Shown piece after piece: positions 1 through 14,736 of a DNA stretch of 64,000 nucleotides (the first letter of the stretch is position 1; each line of letters starts with the position of its first letter). This DNA is from the human T2T-CHM13v2.0 reference genome, Homo sapiens, in NCBI RefSeq assembly GCF_009914755.1, contig NC_060928.1, one strand, 5' to 3'. The notes beneath the pieces are model-generated. The model saw only the letters and a program-made list of their open reading frames with translations, searched no databases and was not told the DNA's origin. Both the position numbers and the translations under genes were made by a program.

Positions 1-250
1 ACCCAGTAATCCTATTTCTGGAAATCCACCTTAAAATATAAACCAAGATTGTGTAAATATTTTAAGATTAAAATGATAATTGTAACATTATTTATAATAC
101 TGAAAGTCTAAAACTAATCCACAGGATCAACAATAAATGAGTATTTAAATAAAGTATGTTGTAGTTATACTGTAAATAAATAAAAATGAAGGAAATGTTG
201 CCAAAGAAAATATTTCTGGAGACTTCATACTACTAAATTATCAGCAAGTG
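1..250 (+). mobile_element. Ancient L1M (L1MC/ME-like) ORF2-end/3'UTR fragment
   Basis: Degenerate match to the L1 3' region (acccagtaatcctatttctgg...ttatttataata...caataaatgagtatttaaataaa). Confidence 0.55.
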
Positions 251-326
251 TAGGTGACCAAAATATGGATAATTATTTTATCCATAATATTTTACAAAGT
301 TTTCCAGTTTTCCATGACTATTCCTC

Positions 327-848
327 TGTGGTACACACAGAAAATTTCCCATCCAAAACCGTTTGCCATTTCTTCTCTACTAGCAAAATTTTGAACTTCT
401 TTTTAGACAAGCATTATTCTCAGCATTCATTCAGCAGCCTTTGAAAGTGAAGGTGACATGAGACACAGCTGTGCTTAATAAAAATATAAATAGAAAAAAT
501 TGAGTGAAGCTTCCAAAAAATTTGTTTAAAATGCTTTAGTTTTTATTGGTACCAACCTTTTGTTCTCTGCCTCTCCTTCTTCATATTTGGAATAAAAATA
601 CAATGCTGGAGGTAAAACAACCAACTTGTGACAACGAGAACACAATATAAACTAAAGCTTCATGCTAAGCAAGACTTCGCAGAAAGACAGAGGGCACCAG
701 GATTCTTGATATCACTTTGGAGATTGTTCCAGCCCTGGCCACCTACCTCCAGCCTTCTTAAGAAACAAAACTAAATTCCTAACTTGTTTAAGCCATTGAG
801 TAATTATGCATTCTGATACTTGAGGCTAAAAGCAATCTTTGACATATA
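327..848 (+). mobile_element. MaLR LTR, MLT1J/K/L-like
   Basis: Ends in cttgtttaagccatt...tacttgaggctaaaagcaatctttgacata, typical of an old MLT1 3' end; starts tgtggta. Confidence 0.6.
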
Positions 849-1045
849 CATACGTATATATATATGTATATATACACACACATATGTGTTTCTATTACAT
901 ATATAAATGCATATATTATAATTATATGTGCTTGAATTGGTGGGGTTGTAATTTTCTACATAATTTCAAATTGCATATACTGGCATTATAAATTGAACAT
1001 GTATATTTGCAATTATGTATGTATATATACACAGACATCATATAT
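843..1045. repeat. TA/CA-rich low-complexity tract
   Basis: Degenerate (TA)n/(TG)n runs. Confidence 0.7.
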
Positions 1046-1094
1046 GTGAATGAATAGGAGTACACTAGACAGTTAATTTCCTATTCATTCTTCC

Positions 1095-1330
1095 ATATTT
1101 AGCTCAAAGGAACTTTCTCTGTGAAGCATCTTCATTTTGCTTTCTTATAATTTGAATGAACCTCTAATACAACATACATAATCTTATATTGTAATCATTT
1201 GTTTGTATATCTGCCTTCCCACTCCTACTCATTTCATTGTCAGTTCTTGTTGGGCTGGGATATCGACTCCATCATCATTTACACATTTAATAGATGACAA
1301 TAGATTAGCTCATAAGCAAACATTGTAATG
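1095..1330 (+). mobile_element. L2 3' fragment
   Basis: ctctgtgaagcatcttc...tattgtaatcatttgtttgtatatctgccttccc resembles the L2 3' end. Confidence 0.55.
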
Positions 1331-1664
1331 ATTCACTTAGATATTATTTTCATTTTGATGGTATCTGTTTAATTCTATAATATTCTCAATTCCTTTTCAA
1401 TGCCCTATGTGCTATGATGTATGCAACAGGCATTCAATGATGTCATTAATTAACTGATAACAGTTGCAATACATGTATATTAGGGGTTTCTGATATCCTG
1501 CAAATTACATCTAATACAGGAAACATTTGGCTGGATATTCGTTGATCTACAGTCTAGATTCAAAATACGAGTGGATATTTTCAAATATTTTCATATAATG
1601 CTTTTTCAGGGACTGAACTAACAGCAAATGACCTAGCACACAGATTCCACAACCAAACTGTGTG

Positions 1665-1850
1665 GGGACAGACCAAGTTACTACCTTGATATATTCAAAT
1701 GCGTCACTTAATCATTTATATTTTGTGTTCCTCAATGGTAAAAAGAGGATAATAATATTTTTATTGGGTTTTGTGAGAATTCAAAGAATTAATGTACACA
1801 AAGCTCTTAGAACAATGTTGAATGTATGGAAAGCACTCAATAATACTTTC
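1665..1850 (+). mobile_element. MIR SINE
   Basis: Core gttcctcaatggtaaaaagaggataataata...gttttgtgagaattcaa...aaagctcttagaacaatg...gcactcaataa. Confidence 0.75.
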
Positions 1851-3009
1851 TATAAACAATGGTTTGCAGTAGGGATGCATAATTAGATCCTAATCTGCCA
1901 CTTTAAAAATACCTCTCAAGAGTCTGTCTTTCCAAAATGTCTATTATTTTCTTTTCTTCTTCATTGCTTCATTAAATCTGCAGTTAATTAATGTATTTAT
2001 GTTACAATAATCTAATTTAGATTCAGGGAATGTGTTGAATGTCCTCACATAGCTTCTCAATATGAAAATAATAAATAATTCTGTAGACTGAATAAAAATG
2101 AATCAGAGTGAGATTGAAATTGCAATCTCAAAATTAGATTTTGTGATGAGGGATCTGTAGACCGTAATTCAATCTTTCTCTTTGCTTCAGTTAGGTTAGA
2201 TGATGTTCCTTGGAAAATGTGAAGTTTATATGTTTTGTATGCATGGTTTGTGAAGAAGTCATTGATGGGAATTGTTTATGTGATAGTCTTTAGAAAGCTT
2301 GTGTGATGAAGCTCAGCTCCTATAAAATTTCACTTCAAAAACAGCCCTTTGAATACCAGTTTCCCATTTTGGAGATAATCTTTTATTGTCACAAAATATG
2401 TATTTAAATATTATGAAAACTAAAAACAAGGTAAAGTGTCTCCCTAAGTACAATAAATATTGAATAGAATTATAAATTTATTCTAGAAGAGGGAAAATGC
2501 AAACAACTACTTCCAAGCACCCTAAAACAAAACAGCAATTCCTTTCATAGTTCTAAGTTATACTTTCTGATGTGAAATGAGTAATTATGCACTGCTTTAT
2601 TTTAATATATGTATATAAACATAAATATATACTTTTAATTATATTTAAGGTGTGTATATATGTATGTATACAAAACATTTTAAATATTTTTTAAAGCAAA
2701 GCCAATTAGATACTAATACAGTCATCACATTACCTAAACATTTATTTATTCATTCATTCAGTCATTCATCAAAGATATGATGAATATCTTTGATATTGAA
2801 GACTTATCATGTATTGAGAATGGCTTTAGGGATCTGAATATAAGAGATAAGTTCCTATACTCATGGAACTTATAAAATATTTTATATTTTAAATGTTATA
2901 TATTTACCTGTATTTCTGGATAGATGTTATGAAAAATGTCTTTAAATTTGTTTATATGGTGTGTGGCTTATTCAACCTGCCCATTTATTTTTTCGTTATG
3001 CAAGTACGC

Positions 3010-3372
3010 ACTGATGATCTAATATGAGCTAAGGACTTCTGGTAGTTATTAAGGCTGTTCCCAAGGGCACTTGAGAGAATTACACTTCTCCATCTGCCGC
3101 CATATGACTACTTTCTTTAGCCAGTGAAATGTGAGTAGGAGTCTTAACTTGTGTCACTTCTGATAGATTTAAATATCAAAGTGATTGTGGAAGGCATGGC
3201 CATTGGAGCCTCTATTTGTCTGGTGATTAATCGACCGCGATGAATAGAGCTCCATTTCACGTTTACATTGGCTGTGTAGACGGAGATGAAAGATACTCTC
3301 CCTGTGTTAAGCCATAAAACATCAGAGTTATTTTGTTAATGAGGCATAACCTAGCATATGCTTACTGATATA
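3010..3372 (+). mobile_element. MaLR LTR, MLT1I/J-like
   Basis: gccagtgaaatgtgagtagg...gtgtcacttc...tgtgttaagcca...gcataacctagc...tactgatata. Confidence 0.65.
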
Positions 3373-4140
3373 GCACCATTGTAGGTGCTGAGGATATAAT
3401 TTTAAGCAAAGCAGATAAAGTACCTGCCCACATGGAATTTATGTTCAAGTGATGAAACTATAACTAAAAAAAATATAATAAACTGATACAGGATATGATG
3501 ATGAATAGCACTAAATGCTATAAAGTTTAGTAAGGAGATAAATAATCAGGGTGGATGCTATTTTGGATAGAATGCTCAGGAGAGTAATTTCTGGAAAGGT
3601 GATACTTCATCAGAGACCTTACTTAAAGGGCAAGACCCTTAGGAGCTGCACTAGCAACAGTGTTGCAAAAGGCCTGGCACACAGGTTCCAAAAATGCAAG
3701 CTATGTAGTCCTGAGCTCACCAGTTAGGAGCTCCAGCAAATAATCTGGAGAAATTATGGGGAAATATGATAGCTCTGAGGCAAGAGAGTGTGCCCTGTGA
3801 ACAGCACAGAGCCCAATGTGTCTGCAGTGGACTGAGCAAGGGGGAGACCTGTAGGAGATAAGTCATCTAAGGTCGTGTGAGTACACAGAACAAGTGATGC
3901 CTCATAGACCTTCATGAAAGTAAGTTAGAGAAGAAAGTTTTGAACACAGGCATTATGTGATTTGACTTATGATTTTTAATAATCACTTTGAATTCTTGAT
4001 GAACAATAAACTCTAGAAGGTAAAGAGTAGAAACTGGCAGACTAGTTAGGATGATATTGCAGTATTGGGTTGTTGTAATAGCGATGATACTAAGTGTAGA
4101 CTGAGCTAACAGGATTTGCTCTTATTTTGTAATGGTGAGA
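3373..4140 (-). mobile_element. L2 fragment(s)
   Basis: Antisense L2 motifs: taggtgctgaggatata...cctgcccacatggaatttatgttc...ggcagactagttaggatgatattgcagta...aacaggatttgct. Confidence 0.65.
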
Positions 4141-4387
4141 TGAAGGGAGTGTGGCAGGGGCCAGAGGAGAGGAGAGAGAGGGAAAGTAGGGATAGATTAG
4201 AGAGAAGGCATGGAAAGACGTACTCGAAGGAAGGAATGCCACGATGAAGGCCTGGACCACATAGAATGAGAAGTCAGATCCCATTTTGAATTCCAGAGCA
4301 GATTTTGCCCCCAGGCTATATTAAGAGGTGAATACTCGAACTACCACAGTTACTCTTTCATTATAATGAATGTTATCTAGAATTTCC

Positions 4388-4821
4388 GGTAGCGCATGCT
4401 ATTGGTGCCCTGCCCATAGTCCTTGATTAATTATCATTTCTATGCTTGTGGGTGCAAATTGCAGTCAGCTATCACCTTTGCCAGGAGGGCTCTACAGGTA
4501 GACCTGAAGTAGAAGGGCATTAACTCTCTCTAGGGAAAGCCCTCAAACAATTACAGAAGTTGGTGGATAAATATTCATCTCCCTACCCCCTTGGGCAGAC
4601 CCTAAGCTGTGAGTTCTGCAATGATACTTAGAGTTTCCCAGTGGGGTTAGGCTTCAATTGTCCAGATTGCTAACATATTTGACAATGCAAACTTTATTTC
4701 TTTTCTTCCCCTTTCCACTATGAAAAAGTTTAGATATTTCCTAGTATCAGCTCCTAACTAAACTATTTGTACTCAAATCTGTTTCTCAGGATCTGCTTCT
4801 AAGGAAACCCAAATAAAGACA
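4388..4821 (+). mobile_element. ERVL LTR16-family solo LTR
   Basis: 3' end taaactatttgtactcaaatctgtttctcaggatctgcttctaaggaaacccaaataaagaca and 5' gtagcgcatgct match LTR16. Confidence 0.75.
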
Positions 4822-5549
4822 GTTTATACACGGATGAAAATTTATTGAAGTTGAATATTATCTAAAGTAAAACCAAAGGTTTTCCATTCTGAAAGTGAAT
4901 CAAAATCTGTTGATGGTTCATAGATACAATATTGCAAAGATAATTACGTTTAATCCCCAAAGCAACCATATGATGTTTTTAGGGGGAGCTTCTTGAAAAT
5001 GAAGTAGCTATTTAAATATAAGTTTAAACATCACAAGGGAAAGGATCTGTTTGATTTACTCATGAACTCCAAAGACCTGGAGGAGTCCCTGTCACATACA
5101 GGCACTCAGTGAGTATTTCAAAGAATACTTAAACTGAAAATAGTTCACATCCATCTTGGAAGAATGTTTTTGATGGGGAACCCAAGTTCAAGAGGATAAC
5201 TACGTGAGCTCTGAAGGAGAAAGGAACTTTCAAGCAAAGGAGAGACATCAAGTGAAGCAGTAATAGCAATTAGGATAGCTTATATGAGGTCTCCTCAATG
5301 GTGTGGTTGCTATAAACATTTTTATAGGTGCCTTACCTAAGGCTAAGAGAAGTAAAGCATTTTTTTCTTAGTCCCAAAACTGATGCATGAGAGTAGCTAC
5401 ATTTGAGCTCAGGCTTGTCTCCATCTTCCTGCACCCTTGCATAATCTCGAATTCTTCCTGCTGACTGGCCTAAGTTAGGCAGTTAGATTTTGGAGAATGG
5501 ATGTAAGTCCAAATATTTCTTAAAGCAAAGACTTTTTAAATAAAATGAA

Positions 5550-5918
5550 TGCCATAGTCAGTTCAGGCTGCTATATTAAAATATCATAAACTGGGTGGCT
5601 TAACAAACGTTTCTTACAGTTTTAAAATCTGAGACATTCAAGATCAAGATGCTGGCAGACTGGTATCTGGTGAGGGCTCTTTTCCTGGTTTGCAGATGGC
5701 TACCTTCTTGCTGTAACATCACATGACAGAAAGAGTGAGCTCTGACATCTTCCTCTTCTTTGAATGGCAGTAATTTCATCACGGAGGCTCCACCCTCATG
5801 ACTTCACGTAAACCTCATTACTTCCCAAAGGCCCCACCTCTAAATATTGTTACATTGGGGTGTAGGGTTTCCACATATGAATTTGAATGGAGGGAACACA
5901 AATACTCAGTCCATAGCA
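5550..5918 (-). mobile_element. MaLR LTR MLT1A/MLT1A0
   Basis: agtcagttcaggctgctat...tctggtgagggctct...ggtttgcagatggc...cccaaaggccccacctc...cagtccatagca. Confidence 0.85.
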
Positions 5919-7694
5919 ATATGCATAAATTAGCAGGATTTTTTCAAACTTACTTCTCACTTGTAATTTGCAATTTTAACCAAGGTTTAATCTAGGACCA
6001 GAATGGGAAAGATATTATATAGAATGCTAGATGAGATCCAATAGGGTGAGGGCAAAGGAAAGGCTGCTATTTATTATTCTATATTTCAACAAGTAAATGA
6101 TAGCATCTAAACAAAAAAAAATTCCTGCAAAATGTCATAAATTACCACACACTAATATCAAAGTGCCTAAAATAAACAAACTCCTATCATGAAGGAAAGT
6201 AAAATTCAACTAACAGGTGTTCCCACAAAGGAGAAAATAAGGTCATTCCTTTGAACCTAGGTGGCTGAAAAGAGTGAGAAAAGATATTCTCTAATAAGAC
6301 TTCTATAATAGGTTCCTGAGGCTTGACAGCCTAAAGCCAAAACAAAACAAAGAAAAAAAAGATAGAGTCCTTAGAAGCAGACCAGTGAACCCATACTCAC
6401 TTGCACCTTCAGGCCAAGAACACGATTGATAGTTATAGTAGTACATCTAAGTGCATTTCCTCAGGTTTCCATGACCTCAATCCATCTCCCTCTCCTTAGA
6501 CCTTCTCATTTACCAGTCAGCAGCATGACTTACGCTATGCATATTCATTCTACCCTGCCTCCAGCACAGAGACTCAAACACATTCTTTCATGAATCACTA
6601 TCACAACCTTTTAACAGTTTGGAGTATATTAAAATAAAAGCAATTCCATTTGAATCCCATTTTTTTTTGTCCTTGGATAAATGTAATCAATAATTAAGTT
6701 GTCAGCTTTTTGTAGAGAATAGACATCTCATGTTGTTTTTAATGATTATTCATTTACACATAATTCTTTGCTTGCCTAAAAAATATTTCTACTACCTCAA
6801 ATTCCCAGTCTAATTTAATTTTTTTCTCTTTATGTACTAAACATTTTTGAAATCAGCAACTCTGTTATTTTGTCAAATTTACTGTAAATAATTTGGGTAG
6901 AGAACTGGATATGTGACCTCCAGGGCATCTTCAGTCACTGAAAATCTGTGATCCTCTTCCTAAATCTTTCGTGGACTCTCTCCAGATGTTTGTATTACTA
7001 GAAATACCTGACAGTCCTGTTTTAACAGTGTTTATTAATAATATAGAGCCTTAAAGAACCTCATAAAGCAAGATTTTGGTGTTTTCAAGCAAGACTAACA
7101 ATCCAAATTAAGGAAAAAAATAACTTACAAATATCAAAAAACAAAACAAAAAGCACCAAAGGGAAGGGAGTAGAAATTATGCATTTGGGCTATTAGACAT
7201 CCTTTTCTCACACACTTAGTCTGTAATATGTTACCTAATAAAATTTAACACTCAGGCATTTTTCTAGTGAGAATATTTCATCTTTCTGTGCACTATTCTT
7301 TTCCTTTAGTGGAATATCTATTATACTCATTTGCCTGTATGCCATGCAGTTTGGCACATAATCACACACTGTTTATACGATTCTCTAAATGCTTGTCTCC
7401 TTGAGAGATTACAAGTAATTCAATTCACTAAAGTACTGTTTCTCTCTTTTTGTATCAGCAACAGTATTGAAGTAAACATTATGATACTTCTCAGTATAAG
7501 TGACAGTCCTGGGCACAATGCCTTCCTCATAATAAATTCCATTATTGGTTGGATTAATGCTCAAATGAATAAGTACTTGCTGAATTGAAGTAAGATGAAA
7601 TGCATACTGGACAAGAATGACTGTTGGTAGCAACCACTGAAACAATTTTTGTTGTCTAAGCTGTTCACACACCATTTGTCCTTAAAGGTGCGTT

Positions 7695-7880
7695 GTTGAG
7701 AAAGTGCAATGTACCGAGTACTGTGTTAACAACTTATATAATCTAACTTTATCCTCACAATAACCTTAAAGAAAAACAGAGTCATAATTACTTCATTTTC
7801 AAGTAATAGAGAACTTGGATTGGCTTAAATAACAAATGGTATAACTTGATTCTAGTTGCAAGTAGGCAAGGATCTGTCTC
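7695..7880 (-). mobile_element. MIR fragment
   Basis: atcctcacaataacctta...cttcattttcaagta antisense MIR core. Confidence 0.55.
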
Positions 7881-8277
7881 TTGGCTGTACGTTAGCCAAG
7901 CAGGATCCTGGTAATGGCTGCCAGTAGCTTTCGTGTCTCCCCTCTTGATTGCAAGATGGCTATAATTACAAAGAAGACAACTTCACACCTTGAAAGCATG
8001 GGAAATGCAGGGGAGTTTGTTTGGGAGAGTCTAAACAAGTGTCTCTTAGTTGAGTTAGCCCCCCATGCCTGGATCAATAACTAACTTATTGACTTAAGCT
8101 AATCAGGATCTCTTTTAATGGAGTGGTGTCAAATTAGCACTAAGAGGGGGAAAAATTGAAAGAAATACTAAGCACTAGTTATTAAAGAGTGTGGAAATGT
8201 GCACTAGAATGCAAAAGTAAAATAAAACTATTATATCCATTGCATCTCTTTTAAAGATAAACATTGACACTCTTTCT

Positions 8278-8329
8278 ACAGTCAGACTTAGTATCTTAGT
8301 CTGTACACAGTCAGACTTAGTATCTTAGT
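8278..8329. repeat. Direct duplication of 23 bp (period 29)
   Basis: acagtcagacttagtatcttagt at 8278-8300 and 8307-8329. Confidence 0.95.
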
Positions 8330-11300
8330 GAATTATTCTTTATTTCATTATGTCGTTTACCAAAATATCCCTATTGATGTGTTTTGTCTTAAATTCCACT
8401 GTCTGACTTATTTCCAGACACTGCCCCCAACTTCCATCTCCCTTGGCTAAGTGAAGCTGAAGGCTCTGGCCAGCAGGAAAGGCGAAGGCAGAATAATTGC
8501 CTGACAGGTTTTGGATTGGAAAGGAACTGGGGAGGGAATGGAGGAGGTAGCTTTCAACCTCTCTCTGTCGTTTTATTTTAGGTGTATATCTGGTGAGTAA
8601 TATAACACCAAAAAATTATTTTAAATATAATTTCATAAATTATCTGTTAATAAGTGAGTTTTTGTTTGTATTTTTTGTAATTGTAATTAATTATATTTGG
8701 ACAGATCTACATCTTATTTTGTGTTGTTTCTTGCCTCTTTTCTCTGCCTCTTTTTATTCTTCTTTCTTACCTCTGTTGAAGTGATAGGCTTTTATTCCTT
8801 ATTTTTACCTTTACTGTTTAGAAAGCCATCAGATTTTTTTTTTCTTCTTTAGCGGTTACTCTTAAATATTTAATAAAATATTTGGCTAACTTTTTAAGAT
8901 AAGAAAACAAAACTGTAAAGGGCTAATGTTACTTTCTTAAAATCACACAGTTAATATTGGCAAAAGTGAAATTCCAAATTAAGTCTGTCTTCAACACCAA
9001 TATAATAATGCCTCCCTTAAATATTTGTTCATTGTCTTCAGCTCTGTTATCTGCCATACAATAGGTGCTTCTAATTTTTTTATTTTGGCAATGAAAGAGA
9101 TTCCTGTGTACTCTCAGTATTAGTAATACATACATTTTCTTTTTATTATACGTCATCTGAATGGCATGTCTCTTTGCTGCCATTCATTTCTATTTAACTG
9201 ATAAAATTTTAATTCGCTGGCTAATTTTCTCCCTGCAACTAATGACCGCCCACTTGTATTTTAGGAATGTGTTAATTGAAGAAAAAAAGAAAAGAAACAG
9301 AATGACTTGTTCAATTAATAAGTGACAAAATACTGTTAGGAGCCATATTTTTGACAGCAAAAATATTAGACCAGTTAACTAATACATTCAGTGTAGGATT
9401 TGTTTTTTATTCAGTAACTTTTGTGATTAGACATAATGCTAGTTAATAACATTAAGTAAATCAGTTAGTACATTTTGGGTGAATATTATTTTTGCATTCT
9501 GAGAACCCATAAATGAAAAACAGTTTACTAGGAGTTTAGCTGAACATATAAAATGAATTGATTAAACATGTAAAGAAAGTCATAAAACTTCATCAGTTTG
9601 ATTTTCGGCATGTTAAGTATATCTTAATCTGGTAAATCAAAGTATGTGCACCACTGTTCCAAGGAGAAATTTTGAATTAATTTTTGGTAACTTTTTGGAG
9701 TCCTGCTTTCTGTCTTTTTCTCTTAACTTATACTGGAAGAAAACTGTTTCACTGATGTTTCATATTCAAAACTAGCTTGACTAGTTTTAACCTTGATGTT
9801 TTTAATACACACTAATATTCGTGAATATTTCTATTTGAGTAGAAGTGAAGATTCATATGAGGTAGTCTGAAAGTTTGAATGTCCTCAATTTTATAAATGA
9901 ATTTAAAACACCTGATTATTTCTGAAACAAAAATTGCTAAAGAAAAAATAGAGTGTATATATGAACCTGTATTTAAATATTTGATATGCCTGGATCAGTT
10001 AGAGAGATCTCTAAATCAAAGAAGCTGGCCAAGCCAAGTGAATTGGAGAGGAAAATACTGAGATCATCAGAATTAGAGAGTAGAGGCTAGTTAGACACCA
10101 AACCACATGCAATAACCCTCAGAATAAAATCTGAGGAACTGTGTCAATCATCAAGTTTGAGTTGGTCTTGGGTAAAAAAATGGCAGTAGAAACACTAGCA
10201 ACTTTTTGACATGAGAAGGTAGTTAAATTTAAGTTTCAAGGGAAAAACCATAAATCATTGGCATGATTATATTTACAATTTCGATATTATTACAGAATAT
10301 TTGCTAAACTCCCCATAACAACGCCTTCGGAGACCCTGTGTATCATGCAAAGGTAGATTTAGTCAACTTGCTAAATAAGGGAGAGCACCTGCTTAAGAGA
10401 GAGAGAATGAGGGAAGAGTCATGTAGGGTTTATGGACCTCGGGTTAGACACGTACTGTACAAGGCAGATGGTCATAAGTGAAGTCTAGGGAGGGATTGAT
10501 CAGAATTTGTAAATTAGGTCAGTTGCCAGAACTGTCCATGAGCCCATGCAATCAATGAATTGAACTGCTAAATCAGCTTGTGATTTTATCTAGAAAAATA
10601 CACATGTGAACAAACTGGTGCTAAAAGAATTTAAGCTTAGTTTGTCTGTCAGGATATGGTCTTTACAGTTCATCTGTTTTTCAAGTCAAGTAGAATTTGT
10701 GGTTTGTGTTTCATTTCGTATCTAGTATTCAGAACAGTGTCTTCCCTTTTTTATTTACTCTTTACCCATAGCCCTTCCATGGCATTTTGACTGGGTCTTG
10801 TAGTTTCATGTGACTATTTTACAATTCACCAAAAAATAAAACTAAACCATTATATTGCTTATGACATTTGCCTAGTGACTCTTTTGTCCTGTTCTAGACT
10901 TGCCTTCTCCTGTAGATCTTAATTCTAAGCATCCTTTCTCTCTGGTTCAAAACAAATCTTTCTGGAATATAACTTCCCTCAGTGTTTTGAGATTTTCAAA
11001 TGTTGCCCAGTTTCTTAAATATATGCTACTTGTACCAAGGCACCCATTCATATTCAGGACTGTTAAATTGCTAGATAATTTAGGAGGAAAAAAAATGAAT
11101 TTTTATTACTTTTTAATTCAACTTGTGTTTTTTCTTGTATAAAATTACCATGATTTTTGTTTTTATCTTTAGCATTAGACTTAAAAATGTGTTGTACACA
11201 GGTCATAGCAGCTTGCTTTGGACTTGTGCCATAGATCTCTGAGGATGCAAACTCATTCACCTCTACTGTTCATTGTACCCAGAGGAAAAGCTTAATAAGT

Positions 11301-11513
11301 ACTGCTGTAACAAAATCATATTATTAAATAGAGTAAAATTTATTGACATAAACCCTATAAGGTTTAATATCCCCTAATGTTTGAAATATTCAGGTTTTAT
11401 AATTTTCACAGATCTAGCCAATATTTTATTAGAAATTATGAGAAAGAGGATATGCTGCATAAAGTCAGAACTAAAATCCGCAATATTGTAAGTTGGAGTA
11501 AAGAATGATAAAC

Positions 11514-11923
<410 letters not shown>

Positions 11924-14094
11924 CTACCAATTTAACTTGCTCAATAGTCATATCTTTGTAAAATGTCAGCAGGAAATTTTGATTCCATTAAATCAAGCCA
12001 ATTATTGCTGGTGCTAATCATCATGTTTTTATCTGATAAGATAAAATAACAAAGTGATGTTTCTAAAATTTATGTGTCTGTGTTATGGGAGGGGTTCCAC
12101 TAATATTTACATTTAATTTTTGCCTTTTAGAAATGAAAACTATAAATACTTATAATGACATAATAGACTTGATGGCTGATTTGTTTCATTTTCATTATTG
12201 AAACTCTCACATATTTGTATTTGTTACTGATATTTTCACTACTTATTTTAAGCTTTGATAATACATGGAAAATTAGAAGCCATTACAATAAGTAAACAAT
12301 GAGATTCTCCAGCAAGATTTGGCACACATAAGTGGTCTGTTTTGTGGGGTTTTTTATTTTATGTCATTGTTTTTATTTTACTTTCCCTTTTTGAAAGTAA
12401 ACTAATCAACAGACTTGGCTAGACACAGCATCTCCAAGTTGGAAAATGAAGTATTGAACACTGGGATAAGCTACAGAATATATATTCTATACATTCACCA
12501 AGAATTCCATTTAGCAATCCATGACATGGGAACATAAAAGTTTCATACAGTTTGCTAAGGCTTTGATAAATTTTATGTTGAATATTTTGAGGCAGATCCT
12601 GAAATTCTGAGGATATTGAACCACCTTTACAGCCAAGAGACATTTCCCTTTGGCTTCAGGAGAGATTTTACACCTTGTAACAGAGAAGAATCATGGAGCC
12701 TGCGTGTTTGGGCCTTTCAGTCTCCTCTTAAACATTACAGCAAAAATAAACCTAAGACTTGCTATTATGGAACAGCTTGAGTTGCTGGGAAATATAATCA
12801 GTGTAGATATTTGTGTATCATTGTTTACCATTTCTATGCCCTTTATCTGAGTTAATGAAACACATCTGGGGTATACGTTTTGAAGGAAAATGAAAAAGAT
12901 CTGCTTATCCTCACTTAAAATACATTCTGTTCATCTCCACCCAGAGCATTAGAAAAAATAGGTAAAGTAAGCTATCTGAGATAGCTTCTGAGAATAATGG
13001 TTTCATTTTAAATGGGAGAATGCCTGAAGGGATTTCTACTGTAAGGGTAAAGAAAAGACTGACATGCAGAAATAATGTCTACAGTAAGATGAGTGACCTT
13101 CCTTTTGAAAGGTGGAAGGAAGAATGCCTAGAAATGTCAGATGCATAAGACTAAAAATGGAGATGTTTCCCATTCTGAAATTTATTTTTGATCTTTGGGT
13201 TAGAGCTTCAGATAGTACTGCAAAAGCTCCCTGAGTGACTCTAATCTTTAGCAGTGTTGAAAACCACTAAAAAAAAGCAAGTCTTGTATTTGACAGAAAA
13301 CAGGGAGATAGAATTAGAGAGAGAGAAAGAAAGAAAGGAAGAGAGGAAGAGAGATGGGAGCAGGGACGATCCGGAAATATATAGAGCATTAATATCAGAA
13401 ATTATATGGTTCTAGCACTTAGTTATTGTTTCTTCTGGGCTCTTAGTGACCTAGGGTACCCAGAAGATGTCTGGTCCATGAGATTTTTACAACCAGATGC
13501 GACCTTGAAATGTAAATGGACTTTAAGAGATTGTGTGACATTATGAAGTGGGTCCTTATTTGCCACATAATGCCTATTGCATGTTAAATGCTTTAATTAT
13601 TTATTTGTTTAAATTAAGCAACTCTCAACAATATAGTTCAAAGAGTGCTTTCAAGTGGAGAGTAGAGCATAATATCTCCCAAGTTTCTGGGAGACTGTTT
13701 CAGCTACAAGATATACGAATGTCACCCTATCAAAGGCCTGAACTCTGTATCCCCTTAGGCCTCAATGGTATGAATTCTACTCACTGGGGCAAAATGTACC
13801 ATATAGTAAAGCCATGTTCTTCTTAAAATACGATGTACATAACCAAACACAGTATTTTGTGCTCAATTTTGCCATTGCAGAGGATAGACACTTATCTTCC
13901 TTGATCTGGATATTATAGTTCTTAACGCTGACAGCTCTTAATGCTGCCAAAGTTTCATCAGCACTCTGGCTGCTTTATCAGACTCTGCTTATCAGACTCT
14001 GCAATTGCTTTGAGCTTGCAGTGAATATTTGTCAGGGAGTGCTTCTGGAAAGCAGTTCTAGGTTGCCCTTCTCTCAGAATCAGATGGAGTGCTT

Positions 14095-14220
14095 CCTGCA
14101 GGTCTAGATTCTTGGGCCCAGATGCACTGAATCAGAATTTCTGACAGTAGAGCCCACAAATCTGTAAGTACAATACATTCCCTGGGTCTTTCTAAAATAC
14201 CCTAAAGTTGAGAACAGGTC
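14095..14220. mobile_element. MER5-type hAT MITE fragment
   Basis: agattcttgggccc...actgaatcagaatttctg...aagttgagaac. Confidence 0.55.
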
Positions 14221-14419
14221 TTCTGTTTATCTGTGAAAAATGAAAGGGGCTATTACCACCTATAAATATGTAGATTTGTGATGAATTGGGCATTTATGGG
14301 AACAACAAGAATATTAGTCAAAAACAGACCTGGGGTTGAGTCTGAGACTAGGAAGTGGCAGCAGAATTTTTAAATTTCTAATTCTATATTTTCATGATTT
14401 AACTACCTATCCTCTAATT

Positions 14420-14575
14420 CAGTGTTTCTTAAACTTTAGTGTGATCAGATCGCAAGGAGCTGATAGAATCCAAGCTTACACTTTCAAAGACTAATTTTTA
14501 GGCAGGTGTTGGGGCCCAGGAATTGCCTTTTTAACACGCAGTCAGGTAGTATTGTGAGGAAATGATCCACAGGTT
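14420..14575. mobile_element. MER5A-type MITE
   Basis: cagtgtttcttaaacttt...ggggcccaggaattgcctttttaaca. Confidence 0.55.
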
Positions 14576-14736
14576 GAAGTCTCTTGATCCTGTTCTTTTG
14601 TCTCTTCCAAGATGTTCTTCCCTTCAGGTCTCTTTTTTTTTTATTGCCTCCTCATCTTCTCTATTTCTTTGGGTTCTTCTCCTTAGTTTGAGCAGACTTA
14701 AGCCACTCATATCCTAAGATTATTTTCTTATCAATT

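Noticed and set aside
8278-8329. Repeat-spacer-repeat as a CRISPR-like array
   Set aside because: Only two copies with a 6-bp spacer in mammalian DNA; simple duplication
12475-12488. 14-bp perfect palindrome agaatatatattct
   Set aside because: Low-complexity AT palindrome expected by chance
12400-12850. Unique-looking segment with 66-74 aa ORFs as a coding exon or pseudogene
   Set aside because: No recognisable protein in the frames examined and no convincing splice-site pair
13987-13998. gcttatcagact, a 12-nt match to mature miR-21
   Set aside because: Created by a 14-bp tandem duplication; no rest of miR-21 and no hairpin
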